From: the human T2T-CHM13v2.0 reference genome, Homo sapiens
Assembly: GCF_009914755.1 (NCBI RefSeq)
Contig: NC_060926.1
Length of the DNA stretch: 64,000 nt
Strand: one strand, 5' to 3'
Both the position numbers and the translations under genes were made by a program. A model generated the notes under the pieces. The model made no database searches, was not told where the DNA came from, and was given only the letters and a program-made list of their open reading frames with translations. Position 1 is the stretch's first letter. Each line of letters begins with the position of its first letter. Shown in pieces: positions 1-20,085 of the stretch.

Positions 1-372
1 CGAGTAGCTGGGACTACAGGTACCCACCACCAAACCTGGCTAATTTTTTGTATTTTTAGTTGAGACAGGGTTTCACCACATTAGCCAGGATGGTCTCGAT
101 CTCCTGACCTCGTGATCCGCCCGCCTCAGCCTCCCAAAGTGCTGGGATTACAGGCGTGAGCCACCGTGCCCGGGCCCGCTCCCATCTCAAGCTCTTGAGT
201 AGCTGGGACGACAGCCGTGCACCACCACACCCTGTTAATTTTTTGATTTTTAGTAGAGATGAAGTCTCACTATGTTACCCAGGCTGTTCTTGAACTCCTG
301 AGCTCAAGTGATCTTCCCACCTCAAGCCTCCCGAAGTGCTGGGATTACAGGCATGAGCCATCACACCCAGCC
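1..372 (-). mobile_element. Two partial Alus
   Basis: Antisense Alu consensus. Confidence 0.9.
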
Positions 373-939
373 TTGACTCTTGTTTCTTCTTAAAAATTTC
401 ATTAGAGTAAGTTTGAAACATGAGATTACTTGGTCAAATGATATGAAGCCTTTATGGCTCTTGCTCTGTGTTATCCTCTTGCTTTTTCAAAGGGCCGTGA
501 GCTAACAGGGAGCAGTTCATGACGAACTTCTACTAAAAGTATCACCATTTTTGTTTTCTTATTTTATAGGTATAAAACGATACATAAAATTCAAATTTAT
601 TTTATAATTTTTGATACTGTTGTATCAAAAAATCTGAGTCTGATTCCTAAGGGAGATGAAACAGCATGAGTCATGTGTGTAGGGAAAGAGAAGAAGGGAG
701 CTTTTCCAGGTTGATTTGCAGTTTCTTGTTCAAGAAGCTCACCAGATGGTCGAACAAGTGACAGGAAGAAGATAGTTGAAAAGGGCGTTAACGTTTGGGA
801 AAGGTGGATCATTGAATTAATGAACTGAATTGAATTCATTTATAAAGAAAGCATGAGATCCAGGTAGAAATCAGCTATAAATCTAAAGCATAGATCAGAA
901 GATTCTAGCAAACTGAAACCACAGCGAGCTGTCACTACA

Positions 940-4080
<3,141 letters not shown>

Positions 4081-4572
4081 GGATATATCAATTATTTAAT
4101 GTTAATGGACAATTCCAATGTATCCAGTTTTTTCTATTGCAATGCTGCAAGGGACGTACTTGAACATTCATCTTTATGCCTTTATCTTCCTGGTAGTTCT
4201 ATAAGATATAGTGAAGGAAGGGGATTTATTGTTGTTATAGTCTTTATTGTGGTAGCCAGTGACTAGTACTAGAATGGTATTTATTTTGAGTGCTTAGGCA
4301 CTACGAATTTCTGTAAAACTGACGTTTCATGGTTGTAGCCAGCCAAGATAGCGTTGACACCTGTATGGAGAAAGAGTTGGTAGGATAATCCTGGGTGCTC
4401 TTGAGGGGAGAAGGGAGCATGTGGGGGACTGGAGTAAGGAAGGGAGGGAAAAAGGTGAGCAGGACATTGAAAGCCTCTTGTGGGGTTTTTGCTGTTCGTA
4501 TTTCCTTTCTGGCTTTATAGAGAGCTCTTGGTTTGAATTGGATTGGTTTCTCTTTTGCTTTTTCCCTGTTAG

Positions 4573-4708
4573 GTGAAGGCATTCTCATCTCCTCAGAGGC
4601 TTCAGAGCTTCTCCATTTCATAGACAACCAGGGCCCAGTGCACGTGATCCAGAAATATCTTGAGCACCCTCTGCTGCTTGAGCCAGGTCATCGCAAGTTT
4701 GACATTCG
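4573..4708 (+). pseudogene. Duplicated, unprocessed TTL (tubulin tyrosine ligase) exon 4 fragment: [46 protein letters not shown]
   Basis: ctgttag|GTGAAGGC...GACATTCG|gtaatg; 136 nt; near-identical to recalled TTL with D>H and Q>P changes; the next TTL exon (SWVLVD...) was not seen downstream. Confidence 0.88.
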
Positions 4709-4952
4709 GTAATGCATTCATGTCCATAGCTTTTGTTTTTATTCATCTGAAAAAACTGCCATGGTATGTGGTGGGAAGGGGGACATGGAATATGAGGAAG
4801 CGTTTGACCATGTTTAATATGTTACCAAAATTGAGCACAGCTGAATGGAACTTACCTTCTGTACCTAATTTTCTATTTTTCTTTCTTGTTTTTTCCATCT
4901 AGAAAATGTTACTACGATTATGGATTTTCTTTTTTAAAAAATATTCTTTTCT

Positions 4953-5235
4953 GGCTGGGCACAGTGGCTCACGCTTGTAATCCCAGCACTTTGGGAGGCC
5001 AGGGTGGGCAGATCACCTGAGGTCAGGAGATCGAGACCATCCTGGCTAACACGGTGAAGCCCTGTGTCTACTAAAAATACAAAAAAAATTAGCCGGGTAT
5101 GGTGGTGGTGCCTGTAGTCCCAGCTGAGGCAGGAGAATGGTGTGAACCCGGGAGGCGAAGCTTGCAGGGAGCTGAGATTGCGCCAGTGCACTCTAGCCTG
5201 GGCGATAGAGCAAGACTCCGTCTCAAAAAAAAAAA
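4953..5235 (+). mobile_element. Chimeric Alu (AluS-type 5' part, AluY/Sc-type remainder), no TSD seen
   Basis: gatcacctgaggtc followed by gagatcgagaccatcctggctaacacgg. Confidence 0.8.
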
Positions 5236-5887
5236 GCTAACTTGAAAATTGAAGTCCCTATAATCCTACTTCCTAGACAGAATCAGTGATCTTGCACTTT
5301 TAGTGTTATTTTCTGTCAATCATAGTTATATGTATCCCAGTGTAATACATATATTACTTAACATGAAAAATTTTAAGCACATAGAAATTTAAAGGAAATA
5401 TGTTCATCTATGAATATTATAAAGCCACCATCTAGATTTAGCAGTTAATATTTTGCAGTGTTTAAATTTTTTTCACTGTAGTTTGAAGTAAATTACTTTA
5501 AACTTTTCACCCCTAAATACTTTAGAATGCATCTTTTTTAAAGAAGGAATTCTTTCACAATATAATCACACAATTTTCACACCTAATACAAGTAACAGTG
5601 CTTTCTAAATGTTCTCTAATAACCAGACTATATTCACCTTTCCCTTTTTGACCCCAAAAAATGTCTTTGAGAGCTGGTTTGTTTAAATAGGGTTCTAATT
5701 AAGGAGCATAGGTTGCATTTCATTGTTTGTCTCTAAGCTTTTTAAAAATCAAGTGTAGTACCTGGCCCCCCCTTTTTTTTCTTGACTTTGAACTTATTGG
5801 AGAGACCTAGCCAGTTGACTTATAGAAGTTGGGTCAATGTTCTCACTTTCTGTATTTATCTGATTGTTTCCTCATGGTGTCCTTTAA

Positions 5888-6358
<471 letters not shown>

Positions 6359-7518
6359 TAATATCTAGTGTACCCACTATTAGAGATTCTAAGATTATAG
6401 GGTTAACTATCGATTTATCTTCTTGCCACTGGAAAGTATTCTATGGGTTGGAACACTGAGATCTTTGACATCTTTCCCTTAATGGTTTTAGCATGCAGTA
6501 ATGATTCTTTCTCAGATCAGTTACTTAATTAGAAGTTGCAAAATGGTGATTAAATTATCTTTTTTTTTCTACATTTATTAACTGTCATTCTTACCTCTAA
6601 AGAACTTTCCCTCATCCACTGGGGTTATTTTGTATCTAAAACTTAGTTCCACTGCAGAGAAAGAATACATTATTCTTTACTTACCTTTAATTACCAAGTT
6701 TTAGAATAAGAACTTGAATAACAGCCACCCCCATCAGTGATGATTAAGATGGTTTGTTTTCATCTTTATTGAGTATGATTATGGACTCAAGAATTTTTAT
6801 GCTTTAAATGTCTTCTAGTCAATTATGGTTCATTACTCTTATTGATGCTCAAACTGTCAAAATGTTCCAGATTTGGCCAAGGGGAGTCCTTTCTGTTGGC
6901 TCCTGGGACCTTTTCATATGACTCCATTAGTCTTTTAAATGACTCTTTTCGTCTTTTGGAGTTTTAATATAACTTCATTAGTCCTGGTTCACTTTGTACA
7001 TTCCTTACCCCAGACCTGAAATAAGCATCTCTCAAGCCTCCTGATTCCTTTTACTATGGAATTATATTTACACATTTATGATTGTTATGTCTTCTTGTTG
7101 AATTGACCCTTTAATAATTATGTAATATCCTTCTTTATTCATGGTAATCATCTTTGTTTGAAGTCTACTTTGATATTAATATAGACACTCTCATTTCCTT
7201 TTTCTTTTGCTTATTTTTTTAGATACAGGGTCTCATTCTGTTGCCCAGGCTGGAGTGCAGTGGTGTGATCATAGCTTGCTGTAACCTCAAACTACTGAGC
7301 TCAAGCGATCCTCCCACCTCAGCCTCCCAAGTAGCTAGGGTACATTATACCATGCATGCCACCATGCTGGGCTATTTAAACTTTTTTTTTTCATTTGTAG
7401 AGAAGGGATCTCATTCTGTTGCCCAGGCTGGTCTGGAACTCCTAGCCTCAAGAAGTCTTCCTGCCTTGGCCTCCCAAAGTGCTAGAATTACAGGTGTAAG
7501 CTACCACACCCAGCCTAA

Positions 7519-7743
<225 letters not shown>

Positions 7744-8894
7744 TAGTAGAGACGGGGTTTCACCGTGTTAGCCAGGATGATCTCGGTCTCCTGACCTCTT
7801 GATCTGCCTGCCTTGGCCTCCCAAAGTGCTGGGATTACAGGTGTGAGCCACCAAGCCCAGCCCATTCTTTTAATCAATTAAGTCTTTATATTGAAAGTGA
7901 TTTTCTTATAAATAGCATGTACTCAGGTCTTGTCTGTTTAATGTAGTCTGACAATCTCTGCATTACAGTTGGTATATTTAGACCATTTACATTTAATGTA
8001 ATTATTGATTTGGTAGGATTTAGGTCTACCATTTCTAATCTGTCGTCAAGTTCACAAACTCCTATCATTGTCATCTGCATTCTGCTATGTAGCCCATTGA
8101 GTGAATTTTTGAAAACTATTAATAATACATTTTATTGTTTGAACAATTACAGCTTATCAGAAAAGTGAGCAAACAGAAGAGAATTCCCATATGCCCTCTT
8201 ACCCCAAACCCTCCCACCCCCGTTTCCCTTATTATTAACATCTTGCATTAGTTATAGTACATTTGTTATAATTGATGAGCCATTATTAAAGCTTTGTTAA
8301 CAATAGTGCTTTGTGGATTACATTAGAGTTCATTCTTGGTGTTGTATAGTCTATGGGTTTTGACAAATGTATAATGACATGTATTCATCATTACAGAAAC
8401 AGAATAGTTTCACTACCCTAAAAATCAGCTGTTCTCCACCATTTATCCACCCTCCCCGCCCCCAACACCTAACTCCTGGCAACCACTGAACTTCTTACTG
8501 TTTCTATGGTTTTGCCTTTTTCAGAATATATATATATATAATATTATATATGATATATATTATTATATATCATATATAAAGAACTATTTTTTTGCAAAGA
8601 TTTTTTCCCATTTAATGGCTTACCTTTTCATTCTCTTAACAGTGTCCTGTGTGAGCAGAAAAATTTAATTTTAGTGAAGTCCAACTTACCAATTTTTTCT
8701 TTTATGAGTCATGTTTTTGATGTTATATCTAAAAAGTCATCACCAAATCCAAGGTCACCTGAGTTTTCTCCTATGTTATCTTCTAGGAATTCTGTAGTGT
8801 TGCATGTTACATTTAGGTCTATGATCCCTTTTGAGTTAATTTTTGTGAAAGGATTGAGATCTGTGTCTAGATAAGATATACTTAGGCAGGCCTA

Positions 8895-9017
<123 letters not shown>

Positions 9018-9030
9018 TTAGCTGGGCTTA

Positions 9031-9165
<135 letters not shown>

Positions 9166-9261
9166 TTAGGAAAAAAAAAAAAGATATACCTCGATGTAAC
9201 ATTTTTGTTATTTATCCTATATGGTGTTTTTTGAGCTTCCTGGATCTGTTCCTTTATGTCT

Positions 9262-9980
<719 letters not shown>

Positions 9981-11399
9981 TTTCTTTCTCTTTTTCTTCT
10001 CTTTCTGGTATTTCCAAAAAGTCTCCATGTTCCACCTTTTGTAATTGTCTCACAGTTCTTGACTCTTGTTCTGTTTTTTCTTTTTCATTCTTTTTTCTCA
10101 TTGTGTGTCAGCTTTTGAAGTATCTATTGACATCTCTTCAAGCTCACTGATTCTTTCATTGGCCATATCCATTCTTTTGATGAACCCATCAAAGGCATTC
10201 TTCATTTCTGTTATGGTGTTTTTTATTTCTAGTATTTCATTTTTATTTCTTCTTAGTGTTTTTATCTCTTTGCTTACATTACCCATCTGTTCTTGCATGT
10301 TATGCTGTTTTTACATTAGAGCCCCTAGCATGTTAATCTTAGTTATTTTAAATTCCTGGTTGGACACTTCCAATATTTCTTTCATATCTGAGTCTGGTTC
10401 TGATGCTTGCTCTGTCTCTTCAAAGTGTGGGGTTTCTTGTCTTTTAGTATGCTTTGTAATTTTTTGTTTGAGGCTGTATATGATGTACTGGGTGAAAGGA
10501 ACTGAGTTAAATAAGGCTTTAGTATGAGATTTTGTATTTCTCTGGCTAGGAGTTAGGCTTTGTTTACTCTTTGCTATATAGTCATGGATGTCAGAGGCTA
10601 AAATTTCCTCTAGTGTCCCTGTGTTGTCTCCCCTGTCTTCTCTGGGGAGCTCCCTAGAGGCTTCTTTGTAAAGTAGCTCTGAGTCTTGCAGTGTCTATCC
10701 CTAATCATGGGAAAACATCAAACAAACCCATATAGCAGGACATCTGACAAAGTACCAAGTGTCAAGGATCATGGATTGAATCCTGAAACAGAGGAAGGAC
10801 ACTGAAGGAAAGACTGGGAAAACCTGACTGAGGTCTGGAGTGTAGTTAGTGATACTATACCAAGACTAATTTCTTAGTTTTGATAATTTATTAACAGTTA
10901 TGTTAACATTGGGGGTAGCTGTGCAAGGGGTGTGAGAATGCTGTTATATCTTTAACCTTGGCCCATGGTTAAGGTGTTTCCAGTGTAAGGTCACTGTTAT
11001 TCCTTGTAGTTAACATATATTTGGCACCACAGGATTCATTCTGGAATTCTTGGCTTATTTATAACTTTTTTTCTTTTTCTAGTAGTGAGAAACCTGGCTT
11101 TCGTGCAGAGTTTACAAACGCCAATTTAAACTTTTGTTTTGTCATAGGCAATAATTTTATTACCTTTATTACCTGTATTTATTTCAGAGCTTATGAATTT
11201 TTAATTATTCTAAGGGCTAACAGAACTTTTTCATGTTTTCTACTCTTCAAGAGCAGGTAAGACTTTAGTTTGTAATACATTACAAGAGGAATCCTGTGGT
11301 TCTCTAAGAGCTAATTTGTCTTGGCAAAAGGCCTTAGCGAGCTGTGAGTGGTGGCTCATGCCTGGAATCCCAGCACTTTGATCTGAGACGGCTGGATCA

Positions 11400-11663
<264 letters not shown>

Positions 11664-12232
11664 TTAGACGGGCGTGGTGGCATGCACCTATAGTCCCAGC
11701 TACTCAGGAGGCTGAGGCAGGAGAATCGCTTGAACCCAGGAGTTGGAGGTTGCACTGAGCAGAGATCATGCCGCTGCACTCTAGCCTGGGTGACACAGTG
11801 AGTATCCATCTCAAAACAACAACAACAACAACAAAAACAAATTAAAAAACCCAACAACAACAAAACCAGCAAACAAGAAAACTAAACAGGCTTTAGGGAA
11901 AGAGCAATCTAATTATCTGATTATATGATTGGCACTAAGATGGGAATGACTCTGGCCTAATTTCTTCAATTTACATTTTAAAACAGGAGCTTAGTTAGCC
12001 CCCAAATAATATGTAATTGATGTATTAGGGTTGGGGAGTGAATATTTTTCAAAGCAGAAGATATTTCTCAATTCTTGCTTACTTTTGGAGGTTGAAGTTC
12101 AAGGAAGCCCCTGCCTTGGCACTGTATTCCAGGGAGGTATTTGGAGTTAATTTCAGGGCTTAGCAGTGACTCTTTAGAAAAGCAGTATACGATTGAAATG
12201 TAATGTGGTACAAATGAGATCACTACAAGTAA

Positions 12233-12546
<314 letters not shown>

Positions 12547-12589
12547 CTAGTAGTACTTTTATCAAAAGTAAATAGAAACATGGAATTAA

Positions 12590-12815
12590 TTTTCACAATA
12601 CATTTTATTTAAACTAATATGTTCACAATGTTAAAATTTCAACATGTAATCACTATAAAAACTACTAGTGAGATATTTCACATTACTTTTTTCATGTAAG
12701 CCTTTGAAATCTGGTGTGTATTTTATATTTACTGTACATCCTGATTTGGAATAACCACATTTCAATCTTTCAATAGCCACATGTGGCTAGTGGCTACTGT
12801 GTTAGAGCAGTTCTA
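12590..12815. mobile_element. MER3/MER33-like DNA transposon fragment (related piece at about 35360-35880, split by an Alu)
   Basis: caatagccacatgtggctagtggctactgt terminal motif. Confidence 0.55.
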
Positions 12816-14247
12816 GAACAAAGGAGTCCCTTTCAAACTATTTTGAAGTCATCGTCTATAAGGCAATATGAAAGCTGATCTGAATGATTTCTCCTTTTCC
12901 AGGAAAGGAAACAAAAATGAAATCATGTTAGGGCTGCATATTTTATGGGTCCCAGGACAAATAGACATAGTCTGAAAGAATGATCTCAGTCAGAAACTCA
13001 GAATGAATCATATGAATTAAACATTGGACAATGTCCAATGCTCAGCATGTGTTTTTGGTTTATACTAAGAACATATTATGCCACCAAATACAGATATTTA
13101 CTATTATACTTAGTGTAGGAGGTATATTGAGACATTGTTCTACACTACCACAGTTCCATATTTTGTGAAAAGCTATATTGCACTTTTTTTTTTTGCGAGT
13201 GTGCCCAGGCTGGAGTGCAATGGCATGATCTCAGCTCACTCCAGCCTCCGCCCCACCAGGTTCAAGTGATTCTCCTGCCTCAGCCTCCCTAGTAGTTGGG
13301 ATTACAGGTGCGCACCACCACGTCTGGCTAATTGTTGTATTTTTAGTAGATACGGGGTTTTGTCATGTTGGCCAGGCTGGTCTCGAACTCCTGACCTCAG
13401 GTGATCCACCCGCCTCAGCCTCCCAAAGTGTTAGGATTACAGGCGTGATCCACCACGCCCAGCCTTATATTTCACTCTTTGGGAATTGTATCTTACTGTA
13501 ATCTTAAACTACACTAAAATAAATAATGTAAACCTTTTGTCAAATTGCTCAGAGTAGGTTTCTACTTTGGTTATAAGGAATAAAATTCATGCTTTTGTGT
13601 ACACACTAGACATCTAAAGCAATCAACTATAGTTAACAAGCAGTGCTCTTACCAAAAGGTAACTCTTTCTAGAATCTGTCACACCATTTAATATCAGTAT
13701 GAGCATATGGTGGGTTTAATAATTGTTTTCCATGTTTATAGGTTTTCTTTAGTTTTATAAGCAGTTAAAAAGAATCCCTTTCACTGAAATACAATCTGTG
13801 GTGAGACTTCTAGCTTTTCTCGATCTTACGCTGCCAGATTTATGTCACTGCCAAAGCTATGCAATGGGTGATATTTACACTGTGCTCAAACAAAGCAACC
13901 AGAAAAACACATCACTGAATAATACAGATATTCTGAAGTCAAGAAAGCCAACTTTCATTAACAGATCAATTGCCTTAGAAAAGTTGACGAAACTAAAGAC
14001 TGAAGTTCAAACAAAAAGCCCTCTCAAGGGGGTATGAATTTCTGGTAACTTATGGGGTAAGAAAAAGAGCAAGAAACTTGAAAGTAGGGAAGAGAAAAAA
14101 GAAAAGGAGCAAGAGGGGATAGCCAGCTCTCAAAAGAGTCTCCAATAGGAAAGCAAAATCTGTATCTAGCCAGTACCAACATGTGAAGAAAGAGTGAGCA
14201 TAGCAAAATTTAGAAAGGTTGCTTGAAAACCAAACAAAAAACCAAAT

Positions 14248-15028
<781 letters not shown>

Positions 15029-15337
15029 TTAAAAAATGCAGTTTGATGCTATAAATTTATCAGTTAATAGTTTTTGGGGCAAAAAATGTTTTCTGACATT
15101 TCAATAAGAGCTATAGACGAAGTCCAGCATTAGTCATGACTCTGGACTAAGTCTGGAAATCTGGAATCTCTTCCCAGCTCTGGGAGGTACAAAGTTTTAA
15201 AAAATAAGGTCAAAATGCTGGAAAACATTCAATTTATTTCCTTATTAACACAATTGTTCACTCATAAACGACAGTAACACTTGGTGCTGTGGGTCATGCA
15301 CTGAGGTCAGAACAAGGAACAGAAGAAAATGAGGTAA

Positions 15338-15614
<277 letters not shown>

Positions 15615-18309
15615 TAGCCAGGATGCTCCCGATCTCCTGACCTCGTGATACGCCCACCTTGGCCTCCCAAAGTGCTGGGATTACAGGTGTGAGCCACTGC
15701 GCCCAGCCCTCTGTGCTGGGTTTTATTATGTCATCCAATAACTCACAACTATGTAATTTATTTCCTTTTTACAGATAAAGAAATGGGGGCTCAGAGCAGT
15801 CAAGAACATGCCCCAAGTTATTCGTCAGTGAGGCAGAAATTGTGGTGTCCTTGTGTAAGTTCACAGTTTATACTTTACCATTATACTGTGCTCCAAATTA
15901 TCTGATATTTACTTTCAAAGCATGTGTAGGAAGTTTACTATGATGATGCAGAGACATTGTACAGAATCCAGTCCCTTGACTCTCAGGTCCCCAGAACACT
16001 CACTTCACGATTTTGTTGACCTCTTATGTCAACTTAAACCTGGCACTCTCTTGGCTTTCTCTGCTCTTTCTGGGCACTCCAAAGCTTCTGTACTTACATG
16101 CTACAACTCCAGTCACAGGAAGATGCTGAGTTCTTTAGTCCCAGATCCATATTCCTGAGAAAACCTAATTGCCTAGGCTCAGGTCATAACTCTGTGTCTG
16201 TTTCAGTTGATTATGGCTGGGCCTACTGCCCCTCTGTATGGTGGTGGGGCAGAAGTTCCCAGAGAGAGGCAGGGGTGACAGAGACTGTTGTCTCAAATGC
16301 TAGGCAGACATCTGGAGTGGTAACCACTACATCTGTTCACAGTGAGCACATCCTTGCAGGGAAACTGGGTTAATCATCTCTATTATTGAAACTCAGAGGT
16401 ATAGTGTTTCTTCATAGGAATTTTCTTTCCTTATTTGAGATGGGGGTCTCACTTTGTTGCCCAGGCTGGAGTGCAGTGGTGTGTGATCTTGGCTCACTGC
16501 AGCCTCCCCTCCCGAGTTCAAGCGATTCTCCTACCTCAGCCTGCTGAGTAGCTGGGACTACAGGCATGGGCCAACATGCCTGGCTAATTTTTGTATTTTT
16601 CGTAGAGACAAGTTTTCACCATATTGGCCAGGCTGGTCTTGGACTCCTGACCTCAGGTGATCTGCCCACCCTGGCCTCCCTAAGTGCCGGGATGACAGGT
16701 GTGAGCCATCGCGCCCAGCCTATTTATAGGAATTTTCTGTAGGTATATAAGTAATAATTTGAAGGTCACAACTAGATGACTTTTTGTGTAACCGTATCTT
16801 GAATGGAACAAACATTTTCTTTCTACGTAATTATACATAAATAACCCAATGCTTTTTAATACCCACGAAAAGCCATTAGCTCAAAGACACTTGCAAACTT
16901 GTATCAGGTTGTTTTCCTTGGTGTGTATTAAGTTTGAAGCAAAGGGGATTTTCACATACCAAGACGAAGCAGAAGTCTTCCACCAAGTTGAAATCATCAC
17001 GTTGCAATTTAATCATATGATACAACCAATTTTTTGATGTGTTATGCCATTCGCCAAATACCATACAAAGTACGGTATGCCTTCTCAGTGCCTTGTTAGT
17101 AATTCAGTTACAGTTCTGCCGAACTTTCTTTAAAGGAATACAATTCTCAATCTTACACTGTTCAGAGCACAAGCATAGCTTATTGTATGCAAGAGATGTG
17201 CATCAGTTCCCACTCCTCAGGGACTGTATGAATTTGGCTTTATTTTTTTGACAGAGTCTCACTCTGTCGCCAGGCTGGAGTGCAGTAGTGTGATCTCAGC
17301 TCACTGGACTCTGCCACCTGGGTTCAAGTGATTCTCCTGCCTCAGCTTCCCAAGTAGCTAGGACTACAGGTGCACACCACCATGCCCAGCTGATTTTTTG
17401 TGTGTTTTTAGTAGAGACGGGGTTTCACCATGTTGGCCAGGATGGTCTTGATCTCTTGACCTCATGATCTACCCGCTTTGGCCTCCCAAGGTGCTGGGAT
17501 TACAGGCATGAGCCACTGTGCTGGGCCAAATTTGGTTCTTAGAAACCAAGGAGTGATGTGTGCACCAGGCCCAGGGCTGAAGAGCTGCTTCTCACTAGAT
17601 GCCTCTCTTGGTCTGGCTGCTGTGTCCAGTCCTATCCAGGGTTAGCTCTGTTCCTCCTCCTTGTGGCATCTGTGTTTCTCTTTCTGCTCTGCCTCTCCCC
17701 ATCTCCTAGTCCAAACATCCAAAGAAATAAATTACCTCCAGGAGATCGAGACCATCCAGGCTAACACGGTGAAACCCTGTCTCTAGTAAAAATACAAAAA
17801 ATTAGCCGGGCATGGTGGCCGGCGCCTGTAGTCCCAGCTACTTAGGAGGCTGAGGCAGGAGAATGGCGTGAACCTGGGAGGCAGAGCTTGCAGTGAGCCG
17901 AGATCGCGCCATTGCACTCACGCCTGGGCGACAGAGCAAGACTCTGTCTCAAAAAAAAAAAAAAAAAATTAATGACCTCTGCCCCTAACTGAACAAAGCC
18001 CTTCATCTAAGGCCACCCTTTGGTTGGCAGCCTTAGCCAGACATCTGCTTCTGGTCAAATCAATGTCTTGTCCACAGGGAGGCCCAGCGCTGTTTCTGGT
18101 TTTAGCTGGATGCAGGGTGTCAGACATGGCAGGTACTACGGTCTACCTGGCGGGTATCAAAGAGTTGGTCGACGTTCTCACAACAACCTAATAGGGACCA
18201 ACCATGGAAGGCCAGTAGTAAAGGAGTTTGAAGTTCCCTTTCAGAAACCAATTAACAACCCCAAAGAGACAGTGGGTAACATAAAAGAGCAGCCATAAAA
18301 ATATACAGT

Positions 18310-18315
18310 TTTAAT
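18310..18315 (-). terminator. Candidate distal polyadenylation signal ATTAAA
   Basis: tttaat on + strand near the end of the AU-rich UTR-like block. Confidence 0.45.
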
Positions 18316-19524
18316 AGAAATATTAAAATAATCATTACACTTCCTCTCATTGCAGAAACCATGAAAGAATATGCCTTTTGTAATCAAAGTAATTTTTTAT
18401 CATGCAAAAAAGTATTTTGTTATGACATTCGTAAGTGGAGACTGTATTTCAAAACAAGTTTATACAGACTTCAAAAGGTCTAAAGTCAAAGTGAAATATA
18501 TTTAAATATGATTAGTTACATCTAATGCAGCTGGCATACTCATATTCACAGTTTATAAAGTAAAAAAACTAAACTCTTCATGTCGGCTCTGAAATAGATG
18601 CATTTTCATTCATACATTCGCTAGTTAGGTCTGTTCTTCTAAGGAGGAAAGACGAGATATATGAGATATTTTTTAAAGAACAAACTCAACATATCAGCAG
18701 CAAATTTCAGTTAAACTAAATTGGAAACCAATGTTCTGTGTAACCAAAGTGCAAAGTCAGTTCCCCAGCTCAGAAAGAAAATTAAGAGTATAAACTGAAG
18801 GCTTAAGAGAACTTCAGAGAGCACACTGTGTGATTAATACATAAATATTAAAAATTATCCAATTTTTGATTTAAGAACAACACAGTTTGGATCTAGTCAT
18901 TAAAACATATGCACAGGTGTCAAAGGCAAGTAACACTACCACCTAAGGTTATTCGGAGGAACTGTGAAGATGTAGCACGGACCTCTAAGGTGTCTAAAAT
19001 CCCTTCTGATGGAAAGGTTATGGAACACTATCTGCCAAAAACACTGAAAGCACCACTTTTATATTTAGATCCAATGCTGAGTGATATAGTCACTGTTGGG
19101 ATAGGTTTTTATTTGGGAAAATGGAGAGGATTCTCAAAACAGATTCATGGCTTGCATGCAGTGACACCCTATCAAGAGCCTGGAAAGACACCATGAAATC
19201 ACCTCAACTCAAGTGGTGGGCCCACCTACTCATAGTCAGTGTTACACTAGCCAGCTCTAGGGCTCTGACAACATAATGAGTTTTGAGGTAGTATACTTTA
19301 AAGAAAAAAAGAAGAGTTTATTTTAAAGCAAATAACTAAACTGTATTTTAACTTAGCACAATTAACTGCAGCATATTTACTTCATAGCCCCTTAACATGT
19401 CACTTTTACCAACAAAGCTTTTTCCTTCATATTCTAATCACAAAAATTTCTCAACAATTTATAACAATCTGTAAATCTGACCTTGCAATAAATAGTCATA
19501 AAACGTTATTTTTATTACTATTAT

Positions 19525-19663
19525 TATTTTTAGAGACAAGGTCTCGCTCTGTTCCCCGAGCTGGAGTGCAGTGGTACAATCACAGCTCACTAGCCTCAAG
19601 CGATTCTCCAGCCTCAGCCTCCCAAAGTAGTGGGATTTCAGGCATGAATCACCACACCTGGCC
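19525..19663 (-). mobile_element. Alu monomer (FLAM-like) inside the 3' UTR
   Basis: Short Alu-like sequence with internal deletion. Confidence 0.75.
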
Positions 19664-20085
19664 TTGAAACATTATTTTTAAAGCCTAAATTCCAGTTGGT
19701 ATGGTACCAAAATTTAGTTTAACTTCAAAATTCACAGTACTGCCGAGAAATGGGCGGGTCCTGAGGTTCCAGAGAAGTGGGGAGTGAATTCATTCCTGGT
19801 GGTTTTATTCTGGCAGCATGCATGGGAGATCACATGAGTTAGAGGGCTGTGGCCTGGTATCAACACTTCAAGCTGTTGTACTTTTACTTCAAGTTGAAAC
19901 TTTTAAAATACATCTGTCATACAGATGTACAAATATATGTAAATGCAAACATATATACACACTTTTTGACAAAAGAATAATGGTAACACACACGAACCAT
20001 TTTTGTAAACAGATTCTATTTGGTTAATAGAAGTATTCCTTCCATCAACCTATCGAAGTCCAAACCAACTACGAAGATAGGATGC

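Larger units (their letters stand above)
18290..20085 (-). other. GCC2-derived 3' UTR (about 1.8 kb; 3' end approximate)
   Basis: AU-rich, mostly repeat-free sequence after the stop; ATTAAA on minus strand at 18310-18315, with several more proximal AATAAA hexamers. Confidence 0.6.

Noticed and set aside
10066-10527. 153-aa hydrophobic ORF resembling a membrane protein
   Set aside because: It is the opposite strand of an A-rich L1 ORF1 fragment
16849-17251. Overlapping short ORFs in unique sequence past the 3' UTR
   Set aside because: No recognisable protein motif or convincing exon boundaries; a non-coding antisense exon cannot be supported from sequence alone
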